Shown here: positions 49,001-62,019 of the stretch, in pieces
How the letters are laid out: every line of letters begins with the position of its first letter
Position numbering within the stretch: position 1 is the stretch's first letter
NCBI RefSeq assembly: GCF_000143415.4
Contig: NW_003314267.1
Span: 1,500,100 to 1,564,099, forward strand
Direction: 5' to 3'
Source of the DNA: Selaginella moellendorffii
Taxonomy: Eukaryota > Plantae > Lycopodiophyta
Length of the DNA: 64,000 nt
Program-made: the position numbers and the translations under genes
The notes under the pieces: generated by a model
Told to the model about the DNA's origin: nothing
Database searches by the model: none
What the model saw: the letters and a program-made list of their open reading frames with translations, nothing else

Positions 49001-52000
49001 TAGAAGGTAGCTACCCAAAGCTTTTTAATGGCATAAAGAAGTTAAATATACCCTTATCGGGGATTAGTTGCTTATGTTGCGATATAATAAGTCAATGTCA
49101 TAAAAGGAAATGCTCATTGCCAAATAAGGCCATCATTAGGATACCCAAACACTCTAAAACACCAAGAACTGGTGTTTGGTGTTGCAAGGGCATTAGATAA
49201 GGCCCAAGGGATTAAGTCTCTAGCAAATGATGGATAGGAGGTGCTATCCAAATGTCCAAGGTTCTGGAGATGGAAGAAATCCGTCTACCTAATTTGGACG
49301 AAGCCAAAAATGGGATTTTGGCAAGGCTAGTGACGGGCATATAGAGGCTTATAAGTAACAACATTAATCCCGGTGTGTGGGATTATAAAGTGAGTATGCC
49401 CAGATTGAGGAACCACTCCCTAAGCTATTGGGTAAGTTCATCCCTATGAATACTTGCTAAGGTATAGTAGAAGGTGCAAAGCTATTCTCCTAGTCTGGAG
49501 GAGAATAACCAAAGAAAACATATGAGGCCAAAAGGCAAGTAGTATTAGGATGGAACTGAACCATAGAATTCGAAGGGTATAACTAATGGTGGTTATGCAA
49601 GTTGGGAGTGGAGAATCAAGAGGGTGCTCAAGGATGTTACTACTAGCAACTGCGATGCCATGAAGAGTCTAAAATGTAGAACTATCCATGTTAGACCATA
49701 TGATGAGTAGGGAGCTTGCGAAGGAGAAGCCTTGGCAAGCTAAGGAACAGAGTTCCTTGAAAGTTCCCAAAGACAATTCTAGATAGATAAGTACCTAGAA
49801 AGCCAAATGTAAATGGTTCCTAGAGCGTGCGAAATCAAAGTGGCGCAGCAGAAGCGTGGTCTTGAAGCTTGCCAAAAGGCAAGGCTATCAAGGTTAAGGA
49901 AGTAATTCTCGAGTGTTCAAAGAGAGGGCTTTGAACGAAAGTCGATGGTCAAGGACTTTCACGCTTATGCATGAACCATGTTACAGTGGTCGGATGACTT
50001 GCTAAGTGAGATTGGCAAGTCGGGGGAACGAATACCCTAGTTGAAGGAGCCAACTTCAAAGGGGTGGCCCATGGGGCCAAGTATGGAGGAGTCTATGTGT
50101 GATCACAGACTTGTCAAGTGAGAAGACTTGGCAGTGCGGAGGAACTAGGTTCCTAAGCAGTGATCTATAACGCACTTTATGAATAAGTTGGTGCACTGGC
50201 ATAGGGAGTCACACTAGGCATCTTGTGCGATGCCGTCCGTAGATGCATATATGGAGGTTGGGTTCGAGTCCTGACCCTTTAGTGCTTGGGTTCGAGTCCC
50301 AAATCACTAGGGCGTGGTGATGGTTTGGAATATGAGGACACTCATTTTTCGGTGGTCATGGACTCTCAGTGAGAAGACTAGTTTAGGCACACTGCCAAGC
50401 AAGGGATGCCTCGGAGTCGTGATGCACGGTTAGATTGCTTAGTGTGGCTCAGCATATCTAACTTGAACACTTGGTGCGAGTGGCACCAAGGACGTGGTGA
50501 ATGAGATGGGGACACCCAATCTCAGTTGCTATAGACCCTTAGCCGGGAGGGCTGGCTTGGGTGCACCGCCAAGTGTGGGGGATGCCCCCGGGGTCATGGT
50601 GAATAACTTAAAGGTCTAGAAGACGTAATACCTATTGGCAAACCTATTAAGGTGCCAAGGTGTGATCACTAGGTGATCTTATGGCTAAAACAAGGACAAG
50701 GTCCTTGTGAAGTTAAGGGATAAAGTTCTTAGTTCAAAGTGTTAGTTTGAACTATTGATGATGGTGTGGCTTGGTCAATGTGACTAAGTGGGAAAAACAC
50801 CTAAGGGAAATGATTTGTGACTATGCGATGGCATAGTGAGTCCAAAGAAAGTAGTTTCTATAAGAGACCCATGGGAGGGTCGCAAAGTTGGGCCAAGGAT
50901 AGAGCCCACAGTGGAAAATCCTAAAGAGACGTACTAGGGGTGAACACCCTCTGGACTTGGCAAAGCAACATCTTTGCTATGGAACCGAAAGGATACCTTG
51001 AGAATGGAGGTGGTGATCCATTGTTGCTGGGTGCAGCAATCAAGGATAGGAGCAAAAGACTAGTGGCTAAGAATAGAGCCATGGAAATCATGGGAAAGAA
51101 TCCAAAACGCAAAGGTAGGCCAAGAACACTAATATGTTTGGTGCTAACGGATTGTGGAAAATGCAATGTGTTTCTAAGGATGGATTCCAAATTGCTCCGA
51201 TTTGGCGAAAGTGGAAGCTCCAAGGGAGGGAGCGGTAAGGTAGCCAAATGATAGGGCCATGGACAACCCTAGCACAAAGTATGATAACTGGAACTTAGTG
51301 CCCAAGGTGGCACGAAATAGAAGAGAGGATGATGGTGCCCTCAAGTAGGGAACTTCTTAGGATGGGGAAGTAGAGTTGCACGATATGTGCAATGCAAGGT
51401 GTCAGAGACACCTAAGAAATTGACTTTGAGAAGTTAAAAGTAAAAGTTCCAAAGTGCAAAGATTATATCGATGGAAACTGAGACCACTTGAGAAGGAGTA
51501 GTGGATTGAGATAGAGACAGTGTCTCTAACAGGTTTAGTGAGGACTAAACCAATAAACTGAGAGAACCACCACAAGTGGTCGAATAAGTCTCTAAGTTGG
51601 GGAGACTATGCTCCTTAGAGGATGGACAAGGCATGGTGAGCCTTTAATGTCAAACCATAGACAAATTTTGGCTGGGTGCCAAGGATGGAAATGGTAATAC
51701 ATGCGGGTGTTACTTTATAAAAGGGGTTTACCATTTGATGAGGACATCAAACTTCGTTTATGGGTGGTGGAGTTGTGAGACACAAAATCGCTAGGCCCCA
51801 AAGTGGAGCTGAAAAGGCACCACGTGGTAGTGGCCAAAGCGAAGGCCAAATGAGCGTAACACGTTTGGACTAAAAGCTTCGACTTGAAAAGGTCAAGAGT
51901 GGGAGTGGAACTCCCAATGAAATGCTCGAGGAACAAGCACGAAGTGAAAAATAAGTGAGTCTCTAGAAAAGGGACACAAGAGGACTGACATATGACACGT

Positions 52001-53518
52001 GAAAGTGTCCGAGATGGACTCGAGATGGAGTCCGAGATGGAGTCCGAGATGGATCCGAGATGGACCCGAGATGGACCCAAGATGGAGTCTGAGATGGAGT
52101 CCGAGATGGATCCGAGATGGACCCGAGATGGACCCAAGATGGAGTCTGAGATGGAGTCCGAGATGGATCGGAGATGGAGTCCGAGATGGAGTCTGAGATG
52201 GACCCGAGATGGAGTCTGAGATGGACCTGAGATGGAGTCCGAGATGGACCCGAGATGGAGTCCGAGATAGAGTCCGAGATGGACCCGAGATGGAGTCCGA
52301 GATGGACCCGAGATGGAGTCCGAAGTCGAGACCAAGACCGGGACCGAGACCAAGATCGGGACCGAGACCAAGACCGAGGCCAAGGCCAAGACCGAGCCCG
52401 AGCCCGAATCCGAGTCCGAGTCCGAGTCAAAGTCCGAGTCCGAGTCTGAGTTCGAGTCCGAGTCCGAGTCTGAGTTCGAGTGCGAGTGCGAGTCCGAGTC
52501 CGAGTTCGAGTTCGAGTTTGAGAGGGTGAAAGCCCAAAGCGTTCGTCTCCCAGACTCTGGGGGGTTTAGTGAGCTCCAAAAGTATAGTGAGGGGGAGGAC
52601 TGCAATGGAGCTAGTTTGGCCAGGAAAGGCCAGTTTGGCCTAGAAAGGCTGTACCTAGTGTTGGGTGATGAGCTGCCCACTGGGAAGTCCAAGACTAGAG
52701 TGAACACGGACTAACAAATGGGGTAGCTTGGTGAAGTGTTCAAGAGTCAGCTCTAGTTCCCCTGGGAGATCAACTGGCTAATACTCCCAGTCCAAATGTG
52801 GGTGGCACTACCTACTTGGATACCTAGTGTGGCTCAACGGAACCTCGCTCTAAGCCCATGGCTAGAGCACTTAAAGGCAAAAGGTGGGGAGAGTACCCAT
52901 GAGGCTTGCGTAAGGCCACGGTGTTCCAAAATGTTGTTCCAAAGTCCCAAACGGTGAAAGGGAAGAGGAGCAATCCTCTAGTGTAGTGACCAAGGATACG
53001 GTCACATAGTGAGGAAGTCCCAAAGGATAGTGGGACTTAGAGGTTGGGCCTGCAAGCCTTGATCTAGTGGCAGTGTTGGCGAACACGGCCATGGACAAAA
53101 AAGGACTTGGTGAGGACTGGAAAAGAGTTGTTGGGGAAGGCTATTCCCCATGTGTTCGGGCATTCTAAGGATGCTAAGGAGTAGATCTGGGATGATCACT
53201 CACAGACGGATGGCCTAGTCTTTGAGAGACGGGACTATGATGTAGGTGGCATTAGACCACCGGTGTGACCAAGGTGAATGGGCATGGCCTTAGTATAACA
53301 GGTCGATATGTCAGTGGTACCTTGGGGTGTTGGTCATAGGATCGGACACGTGGAGCACTTGGACCAAGTGCAAAGGTTGAGTGGCATGGATGCCATTCTC
53401 AGGGCTAGCAAGCCTCAAGTCCTAACTGGGACTTATGGAGGTTGTGAATGAGACTCCTCCAAGTGGTCGGAGGTGCGGTTAAGTGACTAAAGTAAAATGG
53501 AGAAATTAGTTGCTTACA
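46063..53518 (+). mobile_element. Full-length non-autonomous LTR retrotransposon family C (LARD-like): LTRs 46063-47718 and 51774-53518, ~4-kb internal region without coding capacity
   Basis: TG..CA LTR pair, PBS TGGTATCGGAGC 47722-47733, PPT ATGGGTGGTGGAGT 51760-51773, flanks TCTGG/CCTGG (5-bp TSD with one mismatch). No gag/pol ORF in the track. Confidence 0.93.
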
Positions 53519-53977
53519 CCTGGCTTTTAGTTCTCTTGTGCTCTATCTTGCACTGGCTTGACAAGAACCCTTGCGTATTGAAATTAATCCCTTAACATTG
53601 CTAGATGATAGCTTACCGTGTCTGCCAAACACCCTCGCTATCATCCCCTTTGTGTTAGTCTCATTTCGGTCCCAAATACTAATTATGGAAAGTGTCTAGA
53701 TTTGCTCATTTGGCATATCTACGGAGTGTAGAGATTGGCCTGAACACAATGGTGTTCGTCTTGTGTCCAAATTTGCAATCTAGCACTATTCCATATTTAG
53801 TAAGTTTATCTTACTAAATATGAGCTTGTCCCAGAGACTAACTCCTAATACTAAGGGAAGCTTGGGGTGAAAACCCAAAGCATGTGTTCCTCAAGGGGGG
53901 TTCCAAATGTATAGTAGGGATAGTGGGTAGGTCGGGCATGGCCAACCAACCTAAAGCATAGTCTAGCTCCTGCTTGC

Positions 53978-56900
53978 TGTAAGCCACAAATTTTTCCTTT
54001 CCAATTTGCCAGCTTACCTCGTCTATCCGACCAACTCTGCCTTGGCTTGTGCTGAGTTCCCTCGCCAAGGTTCCCGCCTATGGTACCAGCTCCTACTTGG
54101 TCCTACTTGGTTTCAGCTACTTACTGCACGAGCAACGGAGTGTTAGCCATCCATCTACGGATTCCCAAATCTCTCCCAATCCCCCTCCCCGGGTTAGACT
54201 GGACTTAAGGTTCGGCTACACTCTCTGCAGGCACAAACAGCCAAGCACACCAAGCCTCCAGATTCCTAACACCCCTTGGTACCACAAGACTTGATCATGG
54301 GACCCTCTAAATCCCAAGTCTTGGGTGCAGCACTTGCTTCGGGACGTCGGGGCGAAACACCATGGCCTAATGGCCCAGTATGGGTACCTCTACCCCCCCC
54401 ACTTCCATCCCAAAGGGAAGGCCCAAGCCCCTAGGAAGGGCGAGGACCAATGAGCCACAAGGTACTCAAGTGGGGCACCACTCCACCTGAGCCGGGAGCA
54501 CCACAGTCGGTTTCCCTTTCGGGAGTGGGAGCTGCTCTTGAGCACTTCCCTGGGTGGCCCCTCTGGCACCACTCAGGCCCATGCTCACTCCCACCCAAGG
54601 CCCCTCGGCCCCAGTCTCAACATCAAGTCAGTTTGGAAGCACCACTGGAGAGTTCCTTCAAGACTGGTTCCTGGACCTCACTATCCCTACTATACTTTTG
54701 GAACCCCCTGCAGCCCCCCCCCCCCCCCTCCCCCCTTGGGAAACGCACGCTTTGGGCTTTCACCCCTTGACCCGTATTAGTATTTGGACTTAGTCTCTGG
54801 CTCGATCTCGGACCCGATTTCGGATCGACTTCGGATTCGGTCTCGGACTCGATCTCGGACTCGATCTCGGACCCGATCTCGGACCCGACCTCAGACTTGA
54901 CCTCAGACTCGGTCTCGGACCCGATTTCGGATCTCGGACTCGGTCTCGAACTCGGTCTCGAACTCGGACTCGAACTCGGTCCCCGAGTCAGTCTCGGACT
55001 CGATTCCGGACTCTATCTCGAACTCGATTCCGGACTCTATCTCGAACTCGGTCCTAGAGTCGGTCTTGGACTCGATCCTCGACTTGGTCCCATCCGATGA
55101 ACTCTTTGTCATTTCGGTCAAGCTTTTGGGGATCCTTTAGCCTACGACATCTCGAGGAGTCGGTTCCTTACAACTCCACCACCCATAGAAGAAGTTCGAT
55201 GCCCACATCGAACGTCTTGTTTTATCCTACGACTTATTGACCATGTCTCCGGGGGCATCCCCCCACTTAGCGGTGTGCCTAAGTTAGCCTCCCCGGCCAT
55301 GAGCCCATGACAATGGAATATACGTGTCCCTATACCCCTAACCTCACCACGCCCTAGTATGGGGTCGGGACTTGAACCCAGCCTTGCTTTACTAGGGGGT
55401 TGGGACTCGAACCCAACCTCCGTAGAATATGTCTACAGATTCGACATCCCCGCGGGGAGTCGGGCATAGTGCCCTACGCCTGGTTGACCTATCCAACCCA
55501 TGCTAATTAGCTTACCTTCGGCGCGCCTTCGGGTCCCAACATATGCCACTTGCTCAACTTTGCAAATTGATATTTGTAATTGAATTTTTCATAAATACAT
55601 AGAGTTCTGCCTTGCAGAAATTCCTCCACTAGATCTCGCACGTTCGCTAGGTTCTCCTCCAATTCCCATGTTGCTTTGCAGTGTGGAAATCCTTTCCACT
55701 TCACATGGAACTCTCTCATCGCGCGTCCTTGTCGCTTGCTCTTGCGCGCATTGAGGATGGCCTCGACTTCGTATTCCTCTTCCCCTTGGATAACCTCAGG
55801 TAAAGGTCTCACTTGGTCCTTGCGAAGCGGATCCTCAAAGTATGGCTTGAGTAAGTTCACGTGGAACACTGGGTGCATCTTCCCCATCTCTCGAGGAAGT
55901 CGGAGTCGGTAAGCCACTTTACCGATTCGTGCCTCAATCTCGTAAGGCCCCGCGAACCTACTTAAGGAACTCAAGATCAATTCATTTACAGGAATACATG
56001 CATCTTTACCTTTGGGTCAACTTTCGGCTGATCCCACTTGGTAGTCTGAGGTTCTTCGTGTTCAGCCACACCTTCTCCCCAGCTTGGAACTCTACATCCC
56101 GACGCTTCTGGTTCGCGTATTTGGTTTGCCTTTGTTGAGCCCGTTCCAAGGAATCCCTCACTAGATTCCAAATACTGAGTCTTTCCACCGTGAATGCCTC
56201 CACTACGGGCAACTCTCCATGATACTCGGCCACGCCGAGTTCCACAGGACCTTCAATAGCTCGCCCATTGATGACTTCCCATGGACTCACCCCGATACTC
56301 GAATGTGGTGAGTTGTTATAACACATTTCCGCAAGTCCCAAATGACTTACCCAATCGGTCTGGTCTCCTGAGACATAACATTGCAAATAATCCTCCAGCT
56401 GCCTATTCACCCTTTCCGTTTGTCCGTCTGTCTGTGGGTTGATAGGCTGTGCTGAATTTCAACTTGGTGCGATACTGTTCTAGGAGAGTCCTCCAGAACC
56501 TACTGGTGAAGATCTTATCTCGATCTGAGATGATCTCTTCCGGTCTTCCCCGCACTCAAACCACTTGTTCGAAGAACAGCTTCGCCACACCTTCCGCATC
56601 CACCTCCGTTGTGGTGGGTATGAAATGTGCCATTTTTGAAAATCGGTCCACCACCACGAATATCGCATCAAACCCCTCGCCTGGGGGGGAGTCCCGCGAT
56701 GAAGTCCATCGTAAGACATTTCCACGGGCGATCTGGAATTGGGATGCTTTGCAACAAGCCCCCACTAGCCTTAGTCACGGCTTTTACCTGCTGACATGTT
56801 GGACATGTCTTTACATAGTCTTGGATGTCCTTAGCCATATCTAGCCAATGGTACTTCCTTTTGAGTAAGCCCATCTTCTTGGGCACTCCGCCGTGTCCCG

Positions 56901-59900
56901 CAAGAGGTCCGTCATGACACTCTTCTAAGGCCACCTTCCTTAGTTCCCCTTCTGGAACATACACCTCGTTTGCTTGTAATAGATGAGTCCGTTGCGTTCC
57001 GCATAGCCTGTTTTCTCTTCCGTTGGCAGCTCACCTCTCTGGTGAGCTTCCCGCGCCTCTAGATTCCTCAGCAACACTTCTTGTGCTAGACCATCGTTCT
57101 CATATGCTGTCCGCACATCGTCCCAGAAGGTTGCTGTTGCGCTGGATATTGCCAACCTCAAGCTCACTTTTCGACTTAGCGCATCCGCCACGATGTTGCT
57201 CTTCCCAGGCTTGTACAGATACTCGCAATCAAACTCAGCCAAGGCATTGGCCCACCGACCTTGTTTCCCTCTTAGGTCGGGCTGTGACAAGAAGTGTTTC
57301 GTTGCCACATTGTCCGTGTAAACCTTGAAGTGTCTCCCAAGGTAGTGTCGCCACTCCTTGAACGCCTTGACCACCGCAAACAATTCCTTCTCGTGGGCAG
57401 GCCACTTCCGTTGAGCCTTGTCCAGCTTCTTCGAGAAGAATGCTACCGGATGGTTGTCTTGCTTCAAAACTGCGCCCAACGCAAAGTCCGAAGCATTCGT
57501 TTCTACCTCAAAGTCCTTACCAAAGTCTAGTAATGCCAATATGGGAGCCTTCCTCAACTTCCCTTTGAGGTGGACGAATGCCGCCTCGCATTCCGCTATC
57601 CACACCATCTTCCCTTTTCCTGTTTGGTCCGTTAAGGGCAGGGCTACTCTCGAATAGTGTCTGATAAACTTTCGATAGTAGTTGCATAGCCCCAGGAATG
57701 CCCTCAACTCGTGTACATTGGATGGTCGCTCCCATTCCTGGATCGCTTGGACCTTCTCCGGGTCCACCTTGAGCCCGTCCTGGCCCACCACATGCCCAAG
57801 AAACTTTACCTCTTGTTGAGCAAAGTCACATTTGCTCTTTTTAGCATACAGTTTGTGTTCCCTTAGTTTCTCAAACACCTTCGCCAAGTGTTCGGCATGC
57901 TCCTCTAGCGTCTCGCTATAGATCAGGATGTCGTCGATATAGACGACCACGAAGTGATCCAGATAGGGTACAAAGATGTGGTTCATTAGCGCCGAAAACG
58001 TTGCTGGCGCATTACATAGCCCGAAGGGCATCACCAGAAACTCAAAGCTCCCATACCTTGTTCGACAGGTTGTCTTCTCGACATCTTCCTCGGCTACCCT
58101 GATTTGGTAGTATCCTGACCTTAGGTCAATCCTCGAGAAGTATTTTGCCTTTCCCAACCTATCGAACAGGTCCTCAATCCTTGGCAAAGGGTACTTGTTC
58201 TTCTTTGTATACTTGTTGAGCAACCGGTAGTCTATGCACATGCGCATAGATCCATCTTTCTTTTTTACAAATAACACCGGCGCCCCATACGGCAACTTGT
58301 TCAACCTAACATACCCTTTGTCCACCAACTCCTCTAGTTGGCACTTGAGCTCCTTGAGTTCTTTTTCGTTCAAACGATAAGGGGGACGAACCACTGCCTC
58401 AGCACCCTCGACCAGCTCAATCTTATGTTCTATCAGTCGTGCTGGGGGTAGCCCCGCCGGTAGCTCCTCCAGCATGGTATCCTAGAATTGGTCCAACACC
58501 CGCTGGATCACTAAAGGTACTTCTTCCATTCCTGTCTTTTTGTCACTCTTCACCGAGAGTAAGCACAAAAAGGCCGCCTTAGTTCCTTTAGTGAGTTGTC
58601 CTCTCGTGGACACCAGGTTTAAGCAGGAATCTTTGGCTTTGCTTTGCCCTACCTTTAGATCTTAGGCCTCCACCCTAGATCTTCTTCCTTGGGCATTCGC
58701 CAGTACCACAAGGTTTCTACCTTGTCCATGTAGGGCTACCACGAATCGATTGAACCAGTCCATTCCGAAGATCACATCAAATCCCGCCATGTCCAACACG
58801 GTGAAATCCATGTCCACCTTCCAAGTCCCCACTTCGACTCTCACTTGTCGAAGTACCTCATCGGTGCTTTGGCTACCTTGAACAAACTCTATAGTCCTTG
58901 GTTCTCCTAGCCGCTGCACCGTTAGTCCGGCTTGCCGGACTATGTCTGCAGCCACAAAATTATCCGAAGCACCCGTGTCAATAAGGATTTTAACAAAGCT
59001 ACCTCCAAGCTTCCCTCGGAGGGCTAGTAGATGTCGCGAACGACTCTCTACCAAAGTTGCTTGTGTAATGAGTAACTTTGAGTTAGGGACTGGATCACAT
59101 ACCTCCGTTTGGACTTCACCCAACTTGATGGCCATATTGGCTCTGGCCTTCTTCGGGTAGGGACATTCCCTCGAGAAGTGTCCCGCTTCACCGCAATTGT
59201 AGCATATGTTGTTTCCCACGCTGCTATACGACTTGACCTTCTTATCCATGGGTTTGTCTCTTTTCGCTTGACTCCCCCACGTACTCGCTTGCTGGCCACC
59301 GGATCTGCCTTTCCGAGACCCTGAGGACTCATTCTTAGAGAAACTCTTCTTGAATTTCCCTCTGCTAAACGTTCCCCTTGGTTTGGCCCCTTTGCTAAAC
59401 GTGGATCCCGACCCCGTCGTGTTCCCCTTTCGCAGGTTATCATTGAAATGCACCTTGATGGCCGCATCCAACGCTTCCTTGTAGTTGGTCGGGTTCCACC
59501 GCATTATTTCGCCGCGAGCCCAGGTTTGCAAACTTGATATGAAGGTATGGAACGCATCCATATCCCCCATGTCCGTGACAAGTATCCTCTTTGCCATAAA
59601 CCCATTCACATACTCCTGAATGGTTCCGGTCTGCTTCAGCCTACTCAGCTCGTCCCTTAGATGCAGAGTAGCATTCGGAGGAACGTAAGTTGCACGGATC
59701 CTCGCCTTCATCATTTCCCAAGTGGCCACCGGTCCTTCGTTGGCCTCTGTCGTTCTCCATCAAGACTTGGCATTATCTGCCAAGTATGGTTTTGCACATG
59801 GGACCTTCTCCAAGCTCGGTAATCGCAACGCTCGGAAGTAGTCCTCCATATCGTAAAACCAATCCTCCACCACCTTATAGTCGTTCACTCCCTTGAAGAC

Positions 59901-61538
59901 CAGTGGGGACTTTGGTTTGTACTTGGGAACTGCCTGAGGGACTGATTCCACTTCGGTCTGTTCGACCTTGTCTGGTTTTGCCTCAGTCCCTGCCAAAGGG
60001 TCCGCACCTTTTGCGCTGCCAGCATCCGCAGTCTTTCACTTTTTCTTCCGCTTCTCGTCATGCTTTAGCTTGCGTACGAGAGTCTCTAGCAGGGCATTGG
60101 TCTGTGTCAATTGTCCTTCTAGAACATCCAATCGAGCCTTGGACGACCGAACCTCACCACTAGACTCCTGTTTGGAAGTTGCCTCACTGGAGTCCTCCTC
60201 ATGCAAGGATTCCTCATCTATAGCCTCCTGTTCGACCGGAGGCTCTAGCTCTGGAGGAGGTTCCGTCTCTGCCTGGGTTCGCTTACGTCCTGCCCTTGCC
60301 ATCTCCCAGCAATCCGCCTCTATCCTTCGCTAGAACTGAGGAAGAGGCTCCGATACCAAATTGTAAGCCACAAATTTTTCCTTTCCAATTTGCCAGCTTA
60401 CCTCGTCTATCCGACCAACTCTGCCTTGGCTTGTGCTGAGTTCCCTCGCCAAGGTTCCTACCTATGGTACCAGCTCCTACTTGGTCCTACTTGGTTTCAG
60501 CTACTTACTGCACAAGCAACGAAGTGTTAGCCATCCATCTACGGATTCCCAAATCTCTCCCAATCCCCCTCCCCGGGTTAGACTGGACTTAAGGTTCGGC
60601 TACACTCCCCGCAGGCACAAATAGCCAAGCACACCAAGCCTCCAGATTCCTAACACCCCTTGGTACCACAAGACTTGATCATGGGACCCTCTAAATCCCA
60701 AGTCTTGGGTGCAGCACTTGCTTCGGGACGTCAGGGCGAAACACCGTGGCCTAACGGCCCGGTATGGGTACCTCTACCCCCCCACTTCCATCCCGAAGGG
60801 AAGGCCCAAGCCCCTAGGAAGGGCGAGGACCAATGAGCCACAAGGTACTCAAGTGGGGCACCACCCCACCTGAGCCGGGAGCACCGCAATCGGTTTCCCT
60901 TTCGGGAGTGGGAGCTGCTCTTGAGCACTTCCCTGGGTGGCCCCTTCGGCACCACTCAGGCCCATGCTCACTCCCACCCAAGGCCCCTCGGCCCCAGTCT
61001 CAACCTCAAGTCAGTTTGGAAGCACTACTGGAGAGTTCCTTCAAGACTGGTTCCTGGACCTCACTATCCCTACTATACTTTTGGAACCCCCTGCAGCCCA
61101 CCCCCCCCCCCCCCCCCCCCCCGTCCTGGGAGACGCACGCTTTGGGCTTTCACCCCTTGACCCATATTACTATTTGGACTTAGTCTCTGGCTCAATCTCG
61201 GACCCGATTTCAGATCCGACTTCAGATTCGGTCTCGGACTCGATCTCGGACTCGATCTCGGACCCGATCTCAGACGCAACCTCGGACTCGACTTCAGACT
61301 CGGTCTCGGACCGATTTCGGATCTCAGACTCCGTCTCGAACTCGGTCTCGAACTCGGACTCGAACTCGGTCCCCGAGTCGGTCTTGGACTCGATTCCGGA
61401 CTCTATCTCGAACTCGGTCCTAGAGTCGGTCTTGGACTCGATCCTCGACTTGGTCCCATCCGATGAACTCTTTGTCATTTCGGTCAAGCTTTTGGGGATC
61501 CTTTAGCCTACGACATCTCGGGGAGTCGGTTCCTTACA
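53978..61538 (-). mobile_element. Full-length Ty3/gypsy chromovirus copy B (LTRs 53978-55172 and 60362-61538)
   Basis: Highly similar TG..CA LTRs, perfect 5-bp TSD CTTGC on both sides, PBS ~60346-60358, PPT 55173-55186. Confidence 0.97.
55507..60302 (-). pseudogene. gag-pol of chromovirus B (several stops and frameshifts; one intron-like insert in the integrase)
   Basis: Zinc knuckle, DTGAS protease, 511-aa RT-RNase H ORF, integrase, FAGPY and chromodomain. Near-identical to copy A. Confidence 0.96.
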
Positions 61539-62019
61539 CTTGCGTGCCTGTCTTTGTTCTACATCCAGCTGAGGTCTAAGCCCAAGTTTCATTCCATGCT
61601 AACTGGTGGAGTACCCATGTCCTTGCGTTAGGCCACCGATATGCCAAAATAGCGCCAAATTCCATTTGGCTCTATTTTGCATGTTGGTCCTGGCATTGGG
61701 ATGCTGGATACTCTAGGATTGTTCCAAGTCACTCCAAGCTCATGTCCCTTCACTCCTTGGGCTGTATGCTCAGGAGTTGCTCCCCAGACTAGTTCCATCA
61801 CTCCTTGGCTCCATGCTTGGGAGTTTATCACTGTTCCTTCGTTTAGTGGCCCAAGGCCTTGAACCTTAGGTTTCACACCACTGTCCTTTGGACATGTGGC
61901 ATATGACATGTGGCATGTGTCATGTGGCATAAAGAGGGTTTAGGTTCCACTTCATAGTGTTATCTTATGGTAAATCACCATAGGATATAGGGTAAAAACC
62001 ACATATGCTACATCCTCAC

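Larger units (their letters stand above)
53570..62012 (+). mobile_element. Family D LTR fragment (~53570-53977 + 61539-62012) split by chromovirus B
   Basis: The left part is colinear with 7612-7749 and continues as the reverse complement of 10095-10340. It resumes after 61538. Confidence 0.8.

Noticed and set aside
50250-50310. Possible tRNA gene or tRNA-derived SINE at GGTTCGAGTCC
   Set aside because: I could not see a cloverleaf, a clear A-box, a poly-T terminator or an A-tail. Only the B-box/T-loop motif is supported.
47734-51759. Residual gag/pol coding in the family C internal region
   Set aside because: Only faint, short resemblances and no ORF with retroelement motifs. Cannot be supported without a profile search.
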